A stretch of 64,000 bases of DNA from NCBI GenBank assembly GCA_019058315.1, contig JAHPZH010000003.1, positions 204,351-268,350 of the forward strand, in the 5' to 3' direction. The position numbers were made by a program, and so were the translations under genes. This document shows positions 59,375-64,000 of this stretch, one piece after another. Every line of letters begins with the position of its first letter. The first letter of the stretch is position 1. The stretch comes from Candidatus Helarchaeota archaeon. Its GTDB lineage: Archaea > Asgardarchaeota > Lokiarchaeia > Helarchaeales > RDOG01. Below the pieces are notes generated by a model. It saw only the letters and a list, made by a program, of their open reading frames with translations. It ran no database searches and was not told where the DNA came from.

Positions 59375-61642
59375 CTACATTTCCTTGGTAAAAATTTCTG
59401 CTACAAGATCTTTGGCAGTTCTAAAGCGCCCAACATCTCCAACGAAATTTTTTAAATCGTTTTCATATTCTTTTTCAAATCTTTTTAATAATTTCTCCTG
59501 TCGTTCTACTGTTAATTGGTTGGGAATTCCTGAAGTAATGAGTGCAGCTACTGTGTATTGTCCATCTTTCAAAAGTATTTCAAAATGCTCATAAGAAAGG
59601 TTTTTCATAGCTGTTTCTTTAGCTGTTTTTGACAATTCCATCCCAAAACTTTGTATTGCAGTTAGAAAGCCACCAATTAAATCAGAATCGAGCGATTCTT
59701 CGGTAAAATTGTGATTATACATACTCAAACCGTTAGCTTTGTTAATCACCATTAATGCAAATAGTATTTGATTCGAATATTGTATATTCATTTCATTTAA
59801 TTGCTTTTTTAAATCCGCATTTCCCCTCTCAATATTTTTCTTTGTAGTTTCATCTACATTTGGTGATTTAAAGTAAGTCTCGGAAGTTGTGTCAGAAAGA
59901 ATGATTATAGCTTCTATCCAATTTAGAATATCATATTGTAAGTTTAAATATGTCCGATCCCAGATTTTCTCATCCTTTATATTTTTTAACTCATTAATCC
60001 ATTTATTAAACATTGTAGTTAGTATTGTGGTTACTTTTTGATCAGGGAAATAAGAATTTGATTTAATATTCAATTCTTTTAATACTAGTATGATATCATT
60101 AATATCCGATTTGTTTGTGCATAGATTATTTAATTCGGAAATCCTTGAAGCAAGTTCAATCGCATTATAAATTTTATTGGTAATAGCATCCATCGTGGTT
60201 ACTATTTTTGTTGTAACTTCAAGTGCAACAGTTATCAAATTCTTAATATACGCAATAAATCCAGTCGCTTGCTTCATATCTGATGTCCAGACTTCAAGAT
60301 TAATATTTGAATCAACAATATTCAATTCTACAATCATTGTATTTCCTGTAACTTTAGCAGTACCAGAAAAAATCGCATTCATTTTATCAAAATCTATTTC
60401 AATTTCGGCTAAATCAAGAGCAGATATTTGATCGCTTGCTATTTTAAAAGCTTGGGAACCGGGAATGTTGGAAAAGTAGACTTTGGCTGCTCCTCTTAAT
60501 AGTGATTTCTTCCAATTTTCAATATCCAATTTTGTTGCTTTTTGGGGGGTTACTAAAGGACATTTAATCCATATTTCCTTTGGCTCAATAGTCAAAGAAT
60601 GAGGTTTTCCATATGTATCTACATATGATAAAGTTCCAAAAACGTTAGATTTTCCACAAGTCAGAGGGATTAAAGTAAAATCTACGCCTCTAGATTCTCC
60701 AGGAGTTAAAACATCGATTTCTTGAATTCTATTTTCTATCCTATATTGAGTAGTAGGGGTTAACATAACACTAAGTTTAGATATTGTTGTTGGTGTTTCA
60801 TTCCTAACTGCAACTTTAAAACGAATATTTCCCCCAATATGATCAAATTCGCGTAAGATTTTAATTTGTTCAGTTGCGAGAGGTGGTGGAGTTACTTTCC
60901 TAATTATAGGCGGTTTAATTTCTAATTCAGGAATCTTTAAAATTTCTTGAATAGGAGTTATTTTCTCTAGATTTCCGAAAAAATTGGTTTGTCCATATTC
61001 TTCCTTTTTGTTTATCAAATTTAGTTCTAGTAAAATTTTGATAATATTTCTTACATTTTCCAATTTTAAACCTGAATTATCTACTAAATCAGATAAATTT
61101 ATTCCAGGTTCTAATAATATTAATACTAAAATTTTGAGATTCTTTGGATCTTTTAGTGTAAAAATCGCTTTATCAAATTCAAGATTGATTTTAGAATCAA
61201 AAAATGCCATTTTATTTGTAATTTTATTTTTCCTTATAAAATCAAATTTTTCTAACATTTTTAAGTGCCAAGCAATTAAACGCGGCGATAGATTGAGTTC
61301 TTTACGTAATTCTCTTAAATGACACCCAGGTTTTTTAAAAATATATTTATATATCTTATTCCGATTATTATTTTCAAGAACTATCTCTTTAGTAATTTTA
61401 GAGCCTTCGATAATATAATTTCTCAAAATTAATTGATAAATAGCTTGACTAATATCGTTTTTTGAATCTTTTAATTCATTAATAGATTTTTTATACAATT
61501 CTTGAAGATCTAAGGGTCTATCTTTCGTTAATTTATTAGCGATTTTTAAGATTGATTCTTCAAGAGGTGAAAGTTTTAATTCTTTTATTAATATCACCCT
61601 TATTAGTGCATAATTATGCAGAACAGTAAATATCTTCTCCAA
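59375..61642 (-). CDS. Cytoplasmic multidomain protein: winged HTH, coatomer/adaptin appendage-like sandwich + platform, helical region, longin
   Basis: NRNKIYKYIFKKPGCHLRELRKEL..WHLKMLEKF (wHTH); FKVAVRNET..ISKLSV..LTPGES..VFGTLSY..EIWIKCP (appendage-like); LMVINKANGLSMY..DSDLIGGFLTAIQSFG..FEKEY..L.NFVGDV..F (Asgard-type longin); true start may be GTG ~61598. Confidence 0.75.
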   Translation of the reverse strand: MEKIFTVLHNYALIRVILIKELKLSPLEESILKIANKLTKDRPLDLQELYKKSINELKDSKNDISQAIYQLILRNYIIEGSKITKEIVLENNNRNKIYKYIFKKPGCHLRELRKELNLSPRLIAWHLKMLEKFDFIRKNKITNKMAFFDSKINLEFDKAIFTLKDPKNLKILVLILLEPGINLSDLVDNSGLKLENVRNIIKILLELNLINKKEEYGQTNFFGNLEKITPIQEILKIPELEIKPPIIRKVTPPPLATEQIKILREFDHIGGNIRFKVAVRNETPTTISKLSVMLTPTTQYRIENRIQEIDVLTPGESRGVDFTLIPLTCGKSNVFGTLSYVDTYGKPHSLTIEPKEIWIKCPLVTPQKATKLDIENWKKSLLRGAAKVYFSNIPGSQAFKIASDQISALDLAEIEIDFDKMNAIFSGTAKVTGNTMIVELNIVDSNINLEVWTSDMKQATGFIAYIKNLITVALEVTTKIVTTMDAITNKIYNAIELASRISELNNLCTNKSDINDIILVLKELNIKSNSYFPDQKVTTILTTMFNKWINELKNIKDEKIWDRTYLNLQYDILNWIEAIIILSDTTSETYFKSPNVDETTKKNIERGNADLKKQLNEMNIQYSNQILFALMVINKANGLSMYNHNFTEESLDSDLIGGFLTAIQSFGMELSKTAKETAMKNLSYEHFEILLKDGQYTVAALITSGIPNQLTVERQEKLLKRFEKEYENDLKNFVGDVGRFRTAKDLVAEIFTKEM

Positions 61643-61786
61643 TAATAGAATTTTTTGGGGCTATTTTTATTTTAATGATTGGATATTAATAAATTTTCTT
61701 ATAAATTTGAATAACGATTAAAAATAATATAGATTGTTTCTAGTTATTGATAATTAAAAAAAAGGGAATAAAATTGAATAATCGTA

Positions 61787-64000
61787 TTATTCAATGTTTT
61801 CAAGAGTTTCTAGAAGTTCTTTTCTCTCTTCCTTTGAGAAACCAGCTAATTCTTTAATTAACTCAATTTTTTCAGAGGTACTCAAATCATCTAATTGCAA
61901 TATCTTTTCAATTTCATTCCTTGATAAGGTTGAAAACTCTTTCTTGAAGAAATCTTTAATATATTTTTCTTTTACGAAATCCACAGCAGTTTTTGATTTA
62001 ACTAGATTCTTAAGTTTAGCATCCAGATTTTTTTCACCTACTCCCACAAATTTTTGCTTTCTCTTAGGTATTACAACTATCGAAATTATGGCGAGAGCTG
62101 CAATAGCACCTATAATTACAAAACCTAAAGGTGATAATAAGAACTCAATAATACCTTCTTCTCCTTGTACTCCCAATAAACCTAAAAGTAATGGAGGTTC
62201 GATAGGTTTTTCTTTCTCAGTAACAGAATAATAGTAATTTATTGAGCTGATATTATTATTTCTTGTGTCATTCACCCAAATTGAGTAATTAATGGTAGTT
62301 CCTGCGGAATAGGCGGGAATGGTGAAGTTCCAATATCCATCTTGAGCAGTTCCAGAAAGATAATCCATCTCATAATATATTAAGGTACCGGTGTGGTTCG
62401 AATAAATTAAAACAGTGTCTACACCCACATTATCAGTAATATGGACTGTAATATTAACTAGATCTGAAGCTTCAGGGTTAAGTGGGTCTCTTGAAACCAA
62501 GATTATGTTGGGTGCTTCATTATCGATTATCAAATATTGGTACGGCCCAAAAGTAATGTTGTTATTTCTTGTGTCATTTACCCAGATCGAATAAATAATA
62601 GTAGTTCCTGCAGGATAGGCAGGAATGGTATAGTTCCAATAACCATCTTGAGGAGTTCCAGAAAGAAAATCCATTTCATTATATGTAAAGAAACCAGAGT
62701 GGTTTGAATAAATTAAAACTGTGTCTACGCCTACATTATCGGTAACATTAACGGTAATATCAACTGTATCTAAGTTGCCAGGAAAATATGGATCCCTTGA
62801 ATCTGAAATGACATTGGGATTCTCATTATCAATTATCGTGTACTGGTAAGGGCCGTCAGTAGCGGGATTGTTGTTTGTATCATTTACCCAGATCGAATAA
62901 TTAATGGTAGTTCCTGCGGGATAGGCAGGAATACTATAGTTCCAATAGCCGTCTTGAGGAGTTCCGGAAAGTGGGTCCATCTCGTAACTCAATATAGAAC
63001 CGGTGTGATTAGAATAGATTAAAACTGTGTCTACGCCTACATTATCAGTAACATGAACCGTAATATTTACTGTATCTAAGTTGCCAGGGGTAAGTGGGTC
63101 CCTTGAAGTTGAGACTATATTAGGATATGTGAAATCATATGTTGTATATTGGTAAGGACCATCAGTATTGGGGTTGTTATTTGTATCATTCACCCAAATC
63201 GAGTAGGTAACGGTAGTTTCTGCCACTACGGCGGGGATGGTATAGTTCCAGTAACCATCTTGAGGAGTTCCAGAGAGTGGGTCCATTATGTAATCTACTG
63301 GAGAACCAGTATGGTCAGAATTGAGTAAAACGGTGGCTACTCCCACATTATCTGTAATACGAACAGTAATATTAACTAGATCTAGATTACTTGGGTTAAG
63401 TGGGTCCCTTGAAACTGAAATGATATTGGGAGGCTCATTATCAATTATCGTGTACTGGTAAGGACCGTCAGTAGTGGGATTGTTGTTTGTATCATTCACC
63501 CAGATCGAATAATTAATGGTAGTTCCTGTGGAATAGGCGGGAATAGTATAGTTCCAATAGCCATCTTGAGGAGTTCCAGAAAGTGAATCCATCTCGTAAT
63601 TCAATATAGAACCGGTGTGGTTAGAATAGATTAGAACGGTGTCTACGCCTACATTATCAGTAATATGAACGGTAATATTAACTGTATCTAAGTTGCCAGG
63701 AGCAAGTGGGTCTCTTGAAACTGAAATGACATTAGGATTCTCATTATCTATTATCGTGTACTGGTAAGGGCCGTCAGTAGCGGGATTGTTGTTTGTATCA
63801 TTCACCCAGATCGAATACGTTATGGTAGTTCCTGCCAGATTTGCAGGAATGGTATAGTTCCAATAGCCGTCTTGAGGAGTTCCGGAAAGTGGGTCCATTT
63901 CGTAATCTACTGGGGAACCCGTATGATCAGAATTGAGTAACACCGTATCTACTCCCACATTATCGGTAATACGAACGGTAATATTAACCAAATCTAAATT
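61787..64000 (-). CDS. Second large surface protein (5' part outside the window): at least six Ig-like repeats, TM, cytoplasmic tail
   Basis: Frame is open to base 64000; 300-nt near-identical DNA repeats; same Ig repeat, TM (LLSPLGF.IIGAIAA) and tail as 48224..59221. Confidence 0.9.
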   Translation of the reverse strand, partial: NLDLVNITVRITDNVGVDTVLLNSDHTGSPVDYEMDPLSGTPQDGYWNYTIPANLAGTTITYSIWVNDTNNNPATDGPYQYTIIDNENPNVISVSRDPLAPGNLDTVNITVHITDNVGVDTVLIYSNHTGSILNYEMDSLSGTPQDGYWNYTIPAYSTGTTINYSIWVNDTNNNPTTDGPYQYTIIDNEPPNIISVSRDPLNPSNLDLVNITVRITDNVGVATVLLNSDHTGSPVDYIMDPLSGTPQDGYWNYTIPAVVAETTVTYSIWVNDTNNNPNTDGPYQYTTYDFTYPNIVSTSRDPLTPGNLDTVNITVHVTDNVGVDTVLIYSNHTGSILSYEMDPLSGTPQDGYWNYSIPAYPAGTTINYSIWVNDTNNNPATDGPYQYTIIDNENPNVISDSRDPYFPGNLDTVDITVNVTDNVGVDTVLIYSNHSGFFTYNEMDFLSGTPQDGYWNYTIPAYPAGTTIIYSIWVNDTRNNNITFGPYQYLIIDNEAPNIILVSRDPLNPEASDLVNITVHITDNVGVDTVLIYSNHTGTLIYYEMDYLSGTAQDGYWNFTIPAYSAGTTINYSIWVNDTRNNNISSINYYYSVTEKEKPIEPPLLLGLLGVQGEEGIIEFLLSPLGFVIIGAIAALAIISIVVIPKRKQKFVGVGEKNLDAKLKNLVKSKTAVDFVKEKYIKDFFKKEFSTLSRNEIEKILQLDDLSTSEKIELIKELAGFSKEERKELLETLENIE

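Noticed and set aside
48224-64000. CRISPR array or non-coding tandem repeats
   Set aside because: The 174-177-nt and 300-nt periodicities lie within long open frames and vary at synonymous sites; there is no repeat-spacer structure and no cas gene.
1-64000. tRNA, rRNA, SRP RNA, transposase or prophage genes
   Set aside because: No GC-rich structured RNA-like segment and no transposase, integrase or capsid motif was recognised by eye; a covariance-model scan was not possible.

Overview
This is an AT-rich archaeal chromosomal segment, almost certainly from an Asgard archaeon (Lokiarchaeia/Helarchaeales-like). That assignment rests on three roadblock/LC7 genes, an Arf-like small GTPase, longin, PCI-like and RING-like domains, and a core block of cdc6-TFB-gar1-srp19-hypA-rps8e plus alba and eS30. 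I saw no rRNA, tRNA, CRISPR array, transposase or integrase. Four regions stand out. (1) 48-64 kb: two giant single-pass surface proteins share a ~72% identical cytoplasmic tail; one is complete, with five 7-bladed propellers and 14 Ig-like domains. They flank a cytoplasmic protein that appears to fuse winged-HTH, a coatomer/adaptin appendage-like module and a longin domain. (2) 29.5-30.7 kb: a small GTPase gene overlaps a longin/uDENN-wHTH gene, behind a perfect 18-bp palindrome. (3) 19-26 kb: a vWA / ThyA-like / non-canonical QueC cluster with a nearby truncated pyruvate-kinase-like gene; a sequence scar suggests ThyA-like and QueC-like genes were once adjacent. (4) 2-6 kb: a RING-finger locus with two membrane-RING paralogues whose N-termini are unrelated, separated by scars of both flanking genes. 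Two real small genes (a stand-alone RING-like protein and eS30) are missing from the ORF track. All domain calls are by eye from motifs and remembered family sequences; no database searches were run.
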